NCBI GenBank assembly: GCA_040776945.1
Contig: JAXGZN010000001.1
Span: 800,001-864,000 of the forward strand
Length of the DNA: 64,000 bases
Reading direction: 5' to 3'
Origin: Methanomassiliicoccaceae archaeon
GTDB taxonomy: Archaea > Thermoplasmatota > Thermoplasmata > Methanomassiliicoccales > Methanomassiliicoccaceae
Below are positions 12,501 through 21,932 of this stretch, piece by piece; position 1 is the first letter of the stretch; each line of letters begins with the position of its first letter. Position numbers and translations under genes: made by a program. The notes beneath the pieces were generated by a model. It saw nothing but the letters and a program-made list of their open reading frames with translations. It was not told the DNA's origin and did not search any database.

Positions 12501-15500
12501 AGTGGAGTACGATTTCGACAACAACGAGGCGTTCAAGTCCATGACCGTCACCATGACCATTGACGGCGAAGACCTGGTGGTCGGAGGGGTGGACTACCCA
12601 ACGCTGACCATAGCCGGTCCCAACGCCTTCAACTGGGCCTACAACGTGGCGGTCATAAACAACGGCGTGCTGACGATCAGCAACACCGCTTTCACCGAGG
12701 TTCAGTCCAGCGCGTACCAGAGCAGGATCGTCGTGCAGGACCACGGCAAACTGGTGCTCACCGACGGGACGATGCTGAACTCCAACTTCAACATGGACAT
12801 GTATCTGATGGACAACGCCAACCTTACGGTGACGAACTCCAAGATATCGAACTCTGTGCGCATCCGGGCGGACGGCGCGAGCTCGGTGAACATAATGTCC
12901 TCGGAGATCGGCGCGGACCTTGTGGCTCCTGAGACCTCGCACGCCCACGTGTTCGTACAGGACACTACCTTCAGCCGCGCGTGGTCCTCCTTCGGAGGGC
13001 ACGCGGTGGCCGATGTTACCAACGTGTCGATAGCTTCGCTCAACGCCCAGGGCTCCGCGGTGATCAACCACTACCGCTGGGTCAAGGTCGTGGCCCTCGA
13101 TGGCACCGGGGAGAGGCTCCCCGGCTCTTACGTCGCCATCAGGCACCTGGTCAATGGGCAGTATGCGAGCGGGATGACCGGCGCGGACGGGTCCATAACC
13201 TTCAGGGTCCTGACCGATGTCCGCACCGCAGGCATGACCGTCCACCAGGGCTTCATTGGGGACTACATCGCCAACACCACCTACACCTATCAGGGCCAGA
13301 GCTTTGCCGGCCAGCACCCCATGAACGTGGGCATAGTCGGCTACTCGGAGCCTCTGGTCAGGTCGGTGCTGCCCCCGGTGACGATCCCTGTCCCCGGCGC
13401 CCTGCCGGACCTGGACCCTCCCATACATGTGTCCACCAGCACCCCGACCCATTATCAGGACGTTACAGTCTCGACCACCGTGTCCAACATCGGCGTGGTG
13501 GCGGCCCATAACGTCCTGGTGATGTTCAACGACACCGGCGTGACGTTCTATCAGTACACCATACCGGTGATCCAGCCGGGCCAGTCGGTGGACATCAGCA
13601 CCATCTGGAACGCCAGGCAGCTAGGGGAGCGCAACATCAGCGTGGTCATCGACCCCTACGGCAGGATCAACGAACTGGACAAGACCAACAACGGCAACTA
13701 CACCATCGTGAACGTCCAGGGCATAGCCGATCTTTCCGTCCAGAGGAACGATGTGACCATAAGTCCGACGACCCCGGCAAGGGGCCAGACCTCCACGATA
13801 TCGGCGAACATATGGAACACCGGCGATGTCTCCGCCAGCAACGTGCTGGTGAGCTTCTACGTCACCGCGCCAGGAGGCACCGTCAGAACATTGCTGGCCG
13901 ACGTCAACGTGGCCTACATCGACGTGAATGAGCACGGCGTGGCCACCACCGCGTGGACCCCTAGCCAGCCGGGCACCTACACCATCGAGGTGATAATCGA
14001 CCGCAACTCGGCGATCACCGAGATATCGGAGGAGAACAACAGCGTGTCGTTCTCCCAGAAGGTGCTGAACTACGCCGACCTGAGGCCCAGCTTCATAGTG
14101 TTCAATCCCGCCAGCCCGGTAAGCGTCGGGCAGAACGTCAATATAGAGGCGGCGGTGAAGAACATCGGTGAGGTGCCGGCGACCAACGTCGTCGTCCACT
14201 TCTACCGCGGCACCACGGCCGGTACCCTGATCGACACCCAGATCATCAGCTCTATCAACCCCGATCAGACGGTCACCGTGACCGGGCGCTGGACGGCCAC
14301 GCTTCTCGGCGGGGGGGTCTCGAGCACCCCGATAACGGTCTCCGTGAACCCCGCCGGCGAGGGCCGCATCAACGAGATCGACTATAACAACAACGCGATC
14401 AGCCAGAACCTGGTGGTCAACGACCTGAGGGCCGACCTCCTGTTCGTTGACGATATAGTCATAACCAGGGGCAGCGAGGCCGTGAGCCACGCAGCGCAGG
14501 GCGAGACGGTCGACATTTCCGTCATCGCCGCGAACGGAGGAAGCACCACCGCGATATCCGCGGCGTTCTACTTCTACGCGGTGAACGAGGATGACGAGCG
14601 GACCCTCATCGGCATCGCCCTGAAGAACCTGGAGGCCGGGGCCGAGGTGAAGGTCAACACCACATGGCAGATCAACCTCACCATGGGCACCTACGGCATC
14701 CTGGTCATAGCTAACGCGGATGGCATAATCGATGACAAGGACGCCACCAACAACGAGGTGGCCGCGCTCTTCACCATCGACGCGCCCAACGCTGCGGTGG
14801 AGATATACACCCTGGACAGCACGTCCTACGCCCCGGGCACCAACATCTTCGTGACCGGCAAGGTCTTCAACAGGAACACCTCGCAGGCCATACCTGGTGC
14901 ATCGGTGTCGGTATGGCTGGAGCGCAACGGCGTGCAGGTGGGCGAGAAGTTCAACGGCAGCACCAACGCCGAAGGCATCTTCGCCATCCCGCTGTATGTG
15001 CCAGAGGGCTCATCGGGCAGCTACCAGATCCATGGCGAATCGGCCATGGGGGACAAGGTGTTCACCTCCTCAAAGAACGTGAGCATCGTTCAGGTCGACG
15101 GTGGCGGCATCCCATGGTACATCTACCTGATGATCCTGGGGGTCATCGCCGCGGCCATCATCCTCTTCTCCGCCTGGCTGTACAAGTATGGTCTGGGAAA
15201 GATGGTGGAGTGCGGGGAGTGCGGGGCCCTGATCCCGGACTCCTCCAAGCGCTGCCCCAAGTGCGGCGTGGAGTTCGAGGTCGGCACCGCGAAGTGCAGC
15301 GAATGCAGCGCATGGATACCGTCGAACTCCACCACCTGTCCGGAGTGCAATGCCCGGTTCATCGGGGACGCCATCGAGGAAGAGGAGGACGCCTACCTCA
15401 AGAAGATGAGGGAACAGTACGAGGCCTACGTGGAAACCTACCGCGAGGAAGCGAAGAAGTCCATGGGCAAGAAGTACTCCGACGGCAAGTTCCAGGATTG

Positions 15501-15840
15501 GTTCAAGAAGCAGCCGAGCTACGTAAGCTTCGAGAACTGGCTGTCCAAGGAGGAGGAGAAGCGGAAGTTCACCGGGGTCTCCTGCCAGAGCTGCGGCACC
15601 CTCAACCCGCGCGGCTCGCCGGTCTGCCATAAGTGCGGCTCGAACCTAGAGGTAAAGAAGCCAGAGGCGCCGGAGGAGCAGTCCAAGCCCGAGGCCCCCA
15701 GGCCGATGAGGCGCATCGTGCGCCGGCCCGTGGAGAAGAGGACGGTCAAGTCCGAAGCTCCGGCGGAGGAGCCCAAGGCCGAGGAACAGCCCAAGGCCGA
15801 GGAACAGCCGAAGGCCGAAGAGGACAAGCCAGCGGAGTGA
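9562..15840 (+). CDS. Large cell-surface glycoprotein: CARDB repeats and beta-helix-like segments, C-terminal TM helix, cytoplasmic Zn ribbons
   Basis: N-terminal signal sequence; six (LP/IA/YA/RA)DL..N.G..E....NN CARDB-type units; many N-x-S/T sequons; TM WYIYLMILGVIAAAIILFSAWLY; six CxxC pairs in the tail. Confidence 0.88.
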   Translation: MPGGFMKGRILASRAASVMIAIGLLLTPIASVVFLMGTTGGAGPLPSDYSNGDRVIGSDYAVETWSVTSTYTMNGNLTIRSGGVVTVSGGGLVFAENTGPDKIAGTADDRVYTLTIEDGGKLILSNSTLTTNLNQLNSFPSLGVIVRNGGVLEAYDSVLSFPGHLVVDDSTLTMWRSNITGNDQVGIYCNDTFFPEQIFRYAPVLMFMSSTVNLFDSSLPNIYQTPNSTAYNTTEMYTSMYNHKYPFAVDVNNPITKARESTAYYLERMPSAKGASDNTGSVLRNLQMSDRLYYNVTNGQTMALDGFDAGGLMFSASDSVVARLNVQYYTDIGYSSPSTVQYQFRNGATGSTALSFTNTPINPVTGTADEATASATLPLMSSLDLYGLNLRFTNSGGQTIHINKIWITFEIIAPTYTSINLAGNTQLTAVNTFLGVDFSNKENHNTMVLRDNSMAYLYGVSLDNSTEKTVSPADRQPAFVTIDKTLEATVSSKSVNDTTGENIGSLTAIDTSYYQIMPGRVMEINGFNTSDLNGPLSGATITLTYSTSSGYTPGNYLQWRADDGTFHNTAIRPQYTPTAVSASFNLYGNGVTEVSDVRNLEVRFANAHASANVIVSKLSVAMTVSPTIYIYRWANLMVTDEQSLPVYGATVSSVLQNSGAPAYYYTPGGLSAYPSSEVLQYLGKDLTSYGATDNEGKASMPFLSEVLNQANPNPYAAFAYELTVTYQNSTGSVFTNTTGLAFRPYPDMTPANTWKRVNITMPSLALELPDLVMLPISLAPATIYDGESVQISAVLHNRGRTTATRVEVSIIGYINGSIPAFWSNQTIDTIAPGTENDQPLATVTWAHIPAGKHIVSVIIDPARKISEESKANNVMSKQFTVLANLPDLTLSSTDIVFDPQPASSSDLVTATIYVNNTGRASADNATISLYAGDASLGGQFIGSTVVTISAGSFVKTTYSWKPSQIGTYPVFVYVNADRSIVEYDFDNNEAFKSMTVTMTIDGEDLVVGGVDYPTLTIAGPNAFNWAYNVAVINNGVLTISNTAFTEVQSSAYQSRIVVQDHGKLVLTDGTMLNSNFNMDMYLMDNANLTVTNSKISNSVRIRADGASSVNIMSSEIGADLVAPETSHAHVFVQDTTFSRAWSSFGGHAVADVTNVSIASLNAQGSAVINHYRWVKVVALDGTGERLPGSYVAIRHLVNGQYASGMTGADGSITFRVLTDVRTAGMTVHQGFIGDYIANTTYTYQGQSFAGQHPMNVGIVGYSEPLVRSVLPPVTIPVPGALPDLDPPIHVSTSTPTHYQDVTVSTTVSNIGVVAAHNVLVMFNDTGVTFYQYTIPVIQPGQSVDISTIWNARQLGERNISVVIDPYGRINELDKTNNGNYTIVNVQGIADLSVQRNDVTISPTTPARGQTSTISANIWNTGDVSASNVLVSFYVTAPGGTVRTLLADVNVAYIDVNEHGVATTAWTPSQPGTYTIEVIIDRNSAITEISEENNSVSFSQKVLNYADLRPSFIVFNPASPVSVGQNVNIEAAVKNIGEVPATNVVVHFYRGTTAGTLIDTQIISSINPDQTVTVTGRWTATLLGGGVSSTPITVSVNPAGEGRINEIDYNNNAISQNLVVNDLRADLLFVDDIVITRGSEAVSHAAQGETVDISVIAANGGSTTAISAAFYFYAVNEDDERTLIGIALKNLEAGAEVKVNTTWQINLTMGTYGILVIANADGIIDDKDATNNEVAALFTIDAPNAAVEIYTLDSTSYAPGTNIFVTGKVFNRNTSQAIPGASVSVWLERNGVQVGEKFNGSTNAEGIFAIPLYVPEGSSGSYQIHGESAMGDKVFTSSKNVSIVQVDGGGIPWYIYLMILGVIAAAIILFSAWLYKYGLGKMVECGECGALIPDSSKRCPKCGVEFEVGTAKCSECSAWIPSNSTTCPECNARFIGDAIEEEEDAYLKKMREQYEAYVETYREEAKKSMGKKYSDGKFQDWFKKQPSYVSFENWLSKEEEKRKFTGVSCQSCGTLNPRGSPVCHKCGSNLEVKKPEAPEEQSKPEAPRPMRRIVRRPVEKRTVKSEAPAEEPKAEEQPKAEEQPKAEEDKPAE
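15766..15830 (+). repeat. Short 18-bp coding repeats (EEQPKA)
   Basis: cccaaggccgaggaacag repeated imperfectly at the 3' end of the CARDB gene. Confidence 0.7.
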
Positions 15841-15943
15841 TCCCTGGCCTAAACCTTTTCCTTCCTTTTTATCCGCTAGTGGTTTTTTGGCCTGTCACGG
15901 CGATGCGTAGCTTTAATCTCACCCTCCGGCATGTCGAGGGCTG

Positions 15944-16531
15944 ATGACCGACAAATGTCCGCGATGCGGCGCCAATGTTCCTGAGGGGGTCGACGCGTGC
16001 GTCATATGCGGGGCCGAGTACAGCAGGGACGCCCAGCCTGCGCAGGCCGCTCCGACAACGAGCGCGGACGTGAACCAGACCGCCAGATGCCAGAACTGCG
16101 GGGCCGTCCTGCAGGGAAGGGAGGTGTTCTGCGGAAGGTGCGGTTTCCTCATCGATGCCCCTTATGAGTGCCGGGACTGCCGGACGCGGATCGGCGCCGA
16201 GGACCGCTACTGTACTGGCTGCGGACGCCTGGTCCGCCCGGCCAAGCTGTTCCGCTCCCCCTCCCGGCCGATAGCCGCCCTGCTGTTGGGGCTGGTGCCC
16301 GGACTGTTCTCGGTATGGGGGCTGGGGCAGCTGTTCTCCGTATCGATCAAGAAGGGAGTGCTGTTCTTCGTGCTGGGCATAGTGATGACGCTGGTGAACC
16401 CGTTCACCATCATAGCCGCCATCAACGGTCTCGGGGACCTTGCCGGCCTGTCCATACTGGGAATGGTGCTGTGGGCCGCGCTATGGATCCTTCAGGCCAT
16501 CGACGCGTACTGGGAAGCGGGCGGGGAGTAG
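15944..16531 (+). CDS. Triple double-Zn-ribbon membrane protein (TM2-like C-terminus)
   Basis: Six CxxC pairs, then AALLLGLVPGLFSVWGLGQLF and further TM helices. Confidence 0.8.
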   Translation: MTDKCPRCGANVPEGVDACVICGAEYSRDAQPAQAAPTTSADVNQTARCQNCGAVLQGREVFCGRCGFLIDAPYECRDCRTRIGAEDRYCTGCGRLVRPAKLFRSPSRPIAALLLGLVPGLFSVWGLGQLFSVSIKKGVLFFVLGIVMTLVNPFTIIAAINGLGDLAGLSILGMVLWAALWILQAIDAYWEAGGE

Positions 16532-16551
16532 AAAAAGGGCGATGGCCGGGC

Positions 16552-18234
16552 TCACTCGGCCATCTTCTCCTTGACCTCTTTCATCACTTTCTCGGGGTCC
16601 TTGTAGTAAGCGGACACGATCTTCGCCACCTGGCGGTAGTTGTTCACCCCGATCTTCTTCATGTACTCCAGGATGTCGATGCGCCTCTTCACCTCCCGCT
16701 CCATCTCCCTGGGTGACCAGTTGCGCACCGCCCTGACCTTCTCGTATATGTAGGAGTGGCCGGAGTAGGTGAACGAGTCGTCGGCGGGGTTCCAGTTGAA
16801 CACCGAGTTGGTGATGAGCTCGCCGGTCTCGGGGTCCATGCCCACTATCTCCGTCAGGCCCTTCACCCGCCGGGTCATCTTCGTCCCGACCTTGACCTGG
16901 CCTTGGAGCAGAACGAGGTTCAGGGCGGTGAGCAGGGCGCGAGGCAGCTCGATCGGCTCGTTCTCCAGCCGATGGACCATCGCCTGAACGTCCTCAGCAT
17001 GGAACGTCGAGTACGATATGTGCCCAGTGGCCATGGCCTGGAAGACCACGTACGCCTCTTTGCCACGGACCTCGCCGACCATCAGGTACTGGGGCCTTTG
17101 CCTCAGCGCGGCGGTCAGCAGGTCGAACATGTTGATGGTCCCGCTCATCGCGCCGGTCTTCCCGCCGAAGCCCTCCCTGGTCAGGCCGGGGATCCAGTTC
17201 TCGTGGGGAAGGTTCAGCTCACGAGTGTCCTCGATGCTGACGATCTTCATCTGCGGAGGGATGAACAGCAGGATGGCGTTGAGCGTGGTGGTCTTCCCGG
17301 ACGCTGTCCCGCCGCATACGAGCATGGAGGAACCGAACTCCACCGAGATCCATAGATAGGCCATCATCTCGGTGGAGAGGGTCTTGAAGCGCAGCAGGTC
17401 CACCGGAGTGAAGGGATTGTCCTTGAAACGCCGGATGGTGAACGACGACCCCCGTTTGGTGACATGCTTTCCCAGGGTCGCATTGAGCCTGGAGCCGTCA
17501 GGGATGGTGGCGTCGAGAAGGGGGTTGGCCACCGATATGTGCTTCCCGCACTTCTGGGCCAGCCACACCACGTAGGCGTCCAGCTCGTCCTCCCGCTCGA
17601 ACTTGATGTTGCTCTTGATGCTGCCGTACTTGCGGTGGTAGATGTAGAGAGGGATATCGACCCCGTCGCAGGAGCAGTCCTCGATGTTGGGGTCTATCAT
17701 CATCACATTGATGACGCCGTAGCCGGTGAAGTCACGGCGGAGATAGTACATGATCCGCTCCTTGGAGATGGGGTTGATCTCGACCCCGAGCTTGTTCAGG
17801 AGCCTTTCGGTCGCGCGGTTCAACACATCCCGCTTCTCCTCCACCTCCTTGGTCTCGGCAAGGTTGAGGGATACGATGAGCGAGCTCTTGAGCACGTCCA
17901 GAAGGGCGCTCTCGTCTGCGGTGAGCTTCGGCTCGATCACCTCGAAAAGGTACTCTCCGGCAGTGCCGTCGTACTTAATGCGCACGAAGGAGTAGGGGTC
18001 CTCGATAGGGATGACCTCGACCTCCTCCATGTCCGGCTCGGTGATCTTCGGCACCTCCGTGATGCAGGTCGAATCGCCGCAGGCGATGGCGCTCGGCAGC
18101 CGTACCCGCACCGGCCTCTTCCGCACCTTGTGAAGGAACGAGAGGTAGCGGGAGGCGATGGACAGCCTTTCCTTCTTCTCCTGCTCATCCTCGAACAGAG
18201 GCTCTATCTCGTCCTGCTGAATAGCTTCGTCCAT
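16552..18234 (-). CDS. Type II/IV secretion (VirB11/ArlI-like) pilus ATPase, copy 2
   Basis: EDCSCDG, SFTIRRF, GGTASGKTT, SIEDTRE, ALRQRPQYLMVGEVRG, ATGH. Confidence 0.93.
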   Translation of the reverse strand: MDEAIQQDEIEPLFEDEQEKKERLSIASRYLSFLHKVRKRPVRVRLPSAIACGDSTCITEVPKITEPDMEEVEVIPIEDPYSFVRIKYDGTAGEYLFEVIEPKLTADESALLDVLKSSLIVSLNLAETKEVEEKRDVLNRATERLLNKLGVEINPISKERIMYYLRRDFTGYGVINVMMIDPNIEDCSCDGVDIPLYIYHRKYGSIKSNIKFEREDELDAYVVWLAQKCGKHISVANPLLDATIPDGSRLNATLGKHVTKRGSSFTIRRFKDNPFTPVDLLRFKTLSTEMMAYLWISVEFGSSMLVCGGTASGKTTTLNAILLFIPPQMKIVSIEDTRELNLPHENWIPGLTREGFGGKTGAMSGTINMFDLLTAALRQRPQYLMVGEVRGKEAYVVFQAMATGHISYSTFHAEDVQAMVHRLENEPIELPRALLTALNLVLLQGQVKVGTKMTRRVKGLTEIVGMDPETGELITNSVFNWNPADDSFTYSGHSYIYEKVRAVRNWSPREMEREVKRRIDILEYMKKIGVNNYRQVAKIVSAYYKDPEKVMKEVKEKMAE

Positions 18235-18235
18235 A

Positions 18236-19138
18236 TCAGATCAACCTCGTTCCCATGAACCCTATGAGCAGCATGATGAAGGAGTGCTTCAGCCCGGTAG
18301 GGATCTGGCCGTCCGCGAGCACTCCCGCCAATATACCGTCGCCGAAGGCGTGGATAAGCACCGACAAGATGAATATGGTCTGGATCGTGGGGATCGTATC
18401 GACCTTTATGGTCGCCAGGCCAGAGGTGTCCACTCCGGCCCTCTCCGCACCCTCCGCGACCATCTGCCCAGCCTCGGTCATCTTAGGCAGGAAGGTCGAG
18501 TTCAGGATGAAGATGGTGGCTATGAACACCGCGAAGGCAACATAGATGACCACGGTGTAGGTGGACATGGCCAGCTTTCGCTCGGCCTGATTGAGCATGG
18601 ACTCCCTGGCGTCGTGAGCGACCATGGTCAGCACGTCGGAGACCGAGCCCCCGGCGTCATTGGCCTTGATGATGATCGACGTCATCCTCTTGACCAGCGG
18701 GGTGTTAACGCGCTCGGAGAACAGCCTCATGGCCTCCGAGGCCGGCACACCCCAGTCTATCTGGGCGGCCATTCGGTGGATCTCCGGCGTTAGCTTGCCG
18801 TAGCGTCCCCGGGAGGAGACCTTGATCGCCTGCGCCAGGGTCATTCCGAAGCGTCCCGCCTCCGCCACGTCCCGAAGGAACTCCGGCAGGCGGACCTCGA
18901 TGTCGCGGATCTTCTTCATCTGCGCGCTCTTATAGAACCCGTACGGCCCGCTGATGGCCATAAGGCCGAAGAACACGAAGTCGACCCAAATGAACGGCGT
19001 GTCGATGCCTCCGATGGCCTCCAGGAATGCCATGGCGAACAGCAGCGCCGCTATCACCCCGCAGACGATGAGGATGGTCTGGCTGTAGTCGAGCTTTTTC
19101 AGGTCCAGTTGATCCAGGTCAATGATGTCCTCGGCCAT
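18236..19138 (-). CDS. Type II secretion F / TadC-like membrane platform protein
   Basis: RLPEFLRDVAEAGRFGMTLAQAI, YGKLTPEI, several TM helices. Confidence 0.88.
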   Translation of the reverse strand: MAEDIIDLDQLDLKKLDYSQTILIVCGVIAALLFAMAFLEAIGGIDTPFIWVDFVFFGLMAISGPYGFYKSAQMKKIRDIEVRLPEFLRDVAEAGRFGMTLAQAIKVSSRGRYGKLTPEIHRMAAQIDWGVPASEAMRLFSERVNTPLVKRMTSIIIKANDAGGSVSDVLTMVAHDARESMLNQAERKLAMSTYTVVIYVAFAVFIATIFILNSTFLPKMTEAGQMVAEGAERAGVDTSGLATIKVDTIPTIQTIFILSVLIHAFGDGILAGVLADGQIPTGLKHSFIMLLIGFMGTRLI

Positions 19139-19147
19139 GCCATCACC

Positions 19148-20188
19148 TCACATCGACGACTCCTTGGTCATGTTCCAAATAAAGAATATGAATCCGAACT
19201 GGGAGATCGGTATCATCAGCCCCACCACCAGCTCCAACAGTATGATGGTCATGGACGAGTCGTTGCCGCCCCCGGGCACGATGGCCATGATGGCCATGAT
19301 GACCACCAGGAACAGGGGGAACGCCACCACCACGGTGACGAACGTTTCGGCCATAAGCCCCAGGGTCTCCATCTGGGACCGCATCTCCAGCTTGCCCTCC
19401 TTCTCGAACTGCTCGGCCTTCTGCAGGAAGTACGGCTTAAGCTGGCCTCCGGAAGTGGAAGAGGTCACCACGCCCTGCAGGAACTCCTGGAACTTTATGG
19501 ATGGAGTGCGCTGCGCGGCGCGGTTGATCGCCGTAAGGATGTCATATCCCAGGAGCTCGGTGTCCCTGGTGATCCAGGCGGCCTCGTTCTTGATCTCGCC
19601 GTATATGTCCTGCTTGGCCAGCTCCTTGAAGATGACGTCGACGTTTACGTCCGCGGAGGCCATTGCGGAGATGAAGCTCATGGCCGCGCCGATGCGCTTG
19701 TTGATGTCCCGGGCCCGCGTCTTTGCCTTGGAACCGGGAACGGACATGAGGACGACCATGGTCAAGATAGGCGGGATGGCCACCAGCAAGATGAAGAACA
19801 CCAGGACCAGCGCTGGCTCCACATGCAGGAAGGCGATGAGGACCCCTCCGAAGAAGGCGGCGATCCCGGCGCAGGCTATCAGCACCACCATCGCGCTCAT
19901 CCACACATAAGCGACATACTCCTCCGGACGCATCCGCATATGGGCCTGCTGCAGCTGCAGCTCCAGCCTGGGATTGGGCTTGGACTTGAGCTTGACCGCC
20001 TTTCCCATCGCCCGCCAGGCGAACATCTGGAACGGAGTCAGGGATATGTAGTCGGGGAGCGCGCCCTCTTGGAGCTTGATCAGGTGTGGCCCCATCTTCT
20101 CTGTCGGTTCCTGGGTCTTCTTGGTCTTGAGATAGTCCTTCTTCTTCTTGGCATCGAACTGGGTGAACGAATCAGAGATCTCAGGCAT
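19148..20188 (-). CDS. Type II secretion F / TadC-like membrane platform protein
   Basis: AMSFISAMASA, YGEIKNE, LLGYDILTAI..RTPS.KFQEFLQG, TM helices. Confidence 0.88.
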   Translation of the reverse strand: MPEISDSFTQFDAKKKKDYLKTKKTQEPTEKMGPHLIKLQEGALPDYISLTPFQMFAWRAMGKAVKLKSKPNPRLELQLQQAHMRMRPEEYVAYVWMSAMVVLIACAGIAAFFGGVLIAFLHVEPALVLVFFILLVAIPPILTMVVLMSVPGSKAKTRARDINKRIGAAMSFISAMASADVNVDVIFKELAKQDIYGEIKNEAAWITRDTELLGYDILTAINRAAQRTPSIKFQEFLQGVVTSSTSGGQLKPYFLQKAEQFEKEGKLEMRSQMETLGLMAETFVTVVVAFPLFLVVIMAIMAIVPGGGNDSSMTIILLELVVGLMIPISQFGFIFFIWNMTKESSM

Positions 20189-21923
20189 GGCCGGCAGCCT
20201 CCTGGAGCTCGCGGCGGACCCGCTTGATGGTCTTCTCCGGGTCCTTGTAGTACTGGTTTATCAGCTCCCAGATCCTGCGATGGTCGGAGAACTGCCGGTA
20301 TACCATGTACTTGATGAGGTCGACCCGGCGGTCGAACTCGTTCATCATCTCCTCATGGGTGAGGTTCTTCATCTCCATGATCTTGTCGAACAGGAAACTG
20401 TGGCCCTTGAAGATGAAGCGGTCCGTGGCCTGGTCCCACTCGTACACAGTGTTGGATATTAGCTCGTTGGTGTCAGGCTCGAAGCCGACGATCTCGATGA
20501 CCTGCTTCATCCGCCGGCAGAGGTCCTGCCCCACCCTGACCTGTGATTGGATTATGACGTTCCTAAGCGCCGTGAGCAGAATCCGCGGGCAGTTGATGGG
20601 CTGGTTCTCCAGCCTGTTGACCATCGACTGCACGGAATCGGCGTGCATCGTCGAGAACGTGGTATGGCCAGTGGCCATGGCTTGGAACATGGTGTACGTC
20701 TCCTTCCCTCGGACCTCTCCGACGATGATGTAGTTCGGCCTCTGACGCAGCGAGGCGCGCATAAGGTCGTACATGTCGATCTCCCCAGGGGCCTTGCCGT
20801 CAGGGCCGCGCTCCCCGACCCCCGATCGGGTGGTGCCGGGAATCCAGTTCATGTGCGGCAAGTTGATCTCCCTGGTATCCTCCATGGTGACGATCTTCGC
20901 CCCGGGAGGTATGAACAGCGCGATGGAGTTCAGTGTCGACGTCTTTCCCGACGCAGTGCCTCCGCAGATGATCATCGACTCGCCGTTCTCCACACCCAGC
21001 CAGAAGTAGGCGACCATTTCTGGACTGGCCGTCTTTGTCCTCACCAGGTCCACGGGTGTCCAGGGAGTGTCCTTGAACCGCCTTATGGTGAAGGTCGAAC
21101 CCCGGGTGGTGACCTCGCGGGCATAGGTCGCCTGTATGCGGTGCCCCTCAGGGGATGTGCCGTCCAGGATGGGTGAGGACACCGAGATCTGCTTCCCCGA
21201 CCTCTGCCCCAGGGCGACCACGTAGGAGTTCAAGGCGTCCTCGTCGTCGAACACCAATCCGGTCTTGATGCTGCCGTACTTGCGGTGGTAGACGAAGAGA
21301 GGCACGCCGACCCCGTCGCAGGAGATGTCCTCGATCTGATTGTCCCGCATCAGGATGTCCATCTTGCCGTAGCCGACGAAGTCCCTGAGTATGTAGTAAT
21401 CGAGCTTCTTCTTCAGAAGGGGGCTGACCTTGACCCCTCGGCTCTTGATGAAGGAGTCCACGCTCTCCACCAGGTACTCCTTCTTGTCCAGCACGGTGAG
21501 CTTGTCCCATTCATAGCCCAGCGTACGCCCCAGAGTGTCCTTGATCAGCAGGAGGAGCTTCTCGTCCTCCGGCGATAGGCTGGGCTCTAGCGCTTCCAGG
21601 AAGTACTCGCTGGTATCGTTGTCATAGGTGATGCGGGTGTAGCTGTACGGTTCCAATATGGGGTAGACCTCGGTGGTCTCCACCGCGGGGTTATCGATCT
21701 TGGGTATCTCAGTGATCACCGAGCCACGGCCCTTGGACCACTCGATCCGCTGCTCCACCTCGGCGGTGGACATCCTGACCCGCGATGCCCGCCTGGGCAC
21801 CATCTTGCGCAGGAACTTCAGGTATCCGTCCCGCATCCTGTCCTTGGCGCTGTCCCTGGGCGAGTCGAACTCGGCAGGCATCAGGCACTCGGCGTTGGTC
21901 TCCTTAGGTTCTGCCTCTTGCAT
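20181..21923 (-). CDS. Type II/IV secretion (VirB11/ArlI-like) pilus ATPase, copy 1
   Basis: EDISCDG, GGTASGKTS, MEDTRE, SLRQRPNYIIVGEVRG, ATGH. Confidence 0.93.
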   Translation of the reverse strand: MQEAEPKETNAECLMPAEFDSPRDSAKDRMRDGYLKFLRKMVPRRASRVRMSTAEVEQRIEWSKGRGSVITEIPKIDNPAVETTEVYPILEPYSYTRITYDNDTSEYFLEALEPSLSPEDEKLLLLIKDTLGRTLGYEWDKLTVLDKKEYLVESVDSFIKSRGVKVSPLLKKKLDYYILRDFVGYGKMDILMRDNQIEDISCDGVGVPLFVYHRKYGSIKTGLVFDDEDALNSYVVALGQRSGKQISVSSPILDGTSPEGHRIQATYAREVTTRGSTFTIRRFKDTPWTPVDLVRTKTASPEMVAYFWLGVENGESMIICGGTASGKTSTLNSIALFIPPGAKIVTMEDTREINLPHMNWIPGTTRSGVGERGPDGKAPGEIDMYDLMRASLRQRPNYIIVGEVRGKETYTMFQAMATGHTTFSTMHADSVQSMVNRLENQPINCPRILLTALRNVIIQSQVRVGQDLCRRMKQVIEIVGFEPDTNELISNTVYEWDQATDRFIFKGHSFLFDKIMEMKNLTHEEMMNEFDRRVDLIKYMVYRQFSDHRRIWELINQYYKDPEKTIKRVRRELQEAAGHA

Positions 21924-21932
21924 CGTCCCACC

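Noticed and set aside
11893-14490. Long antisense ORFs (538 aa, 289 aa) and similar ones opposite gyrA, lhr and hyf genes
   Set aside because: Expected from high GC3 codon bias; the translations are low-complexity and carry no motifs.
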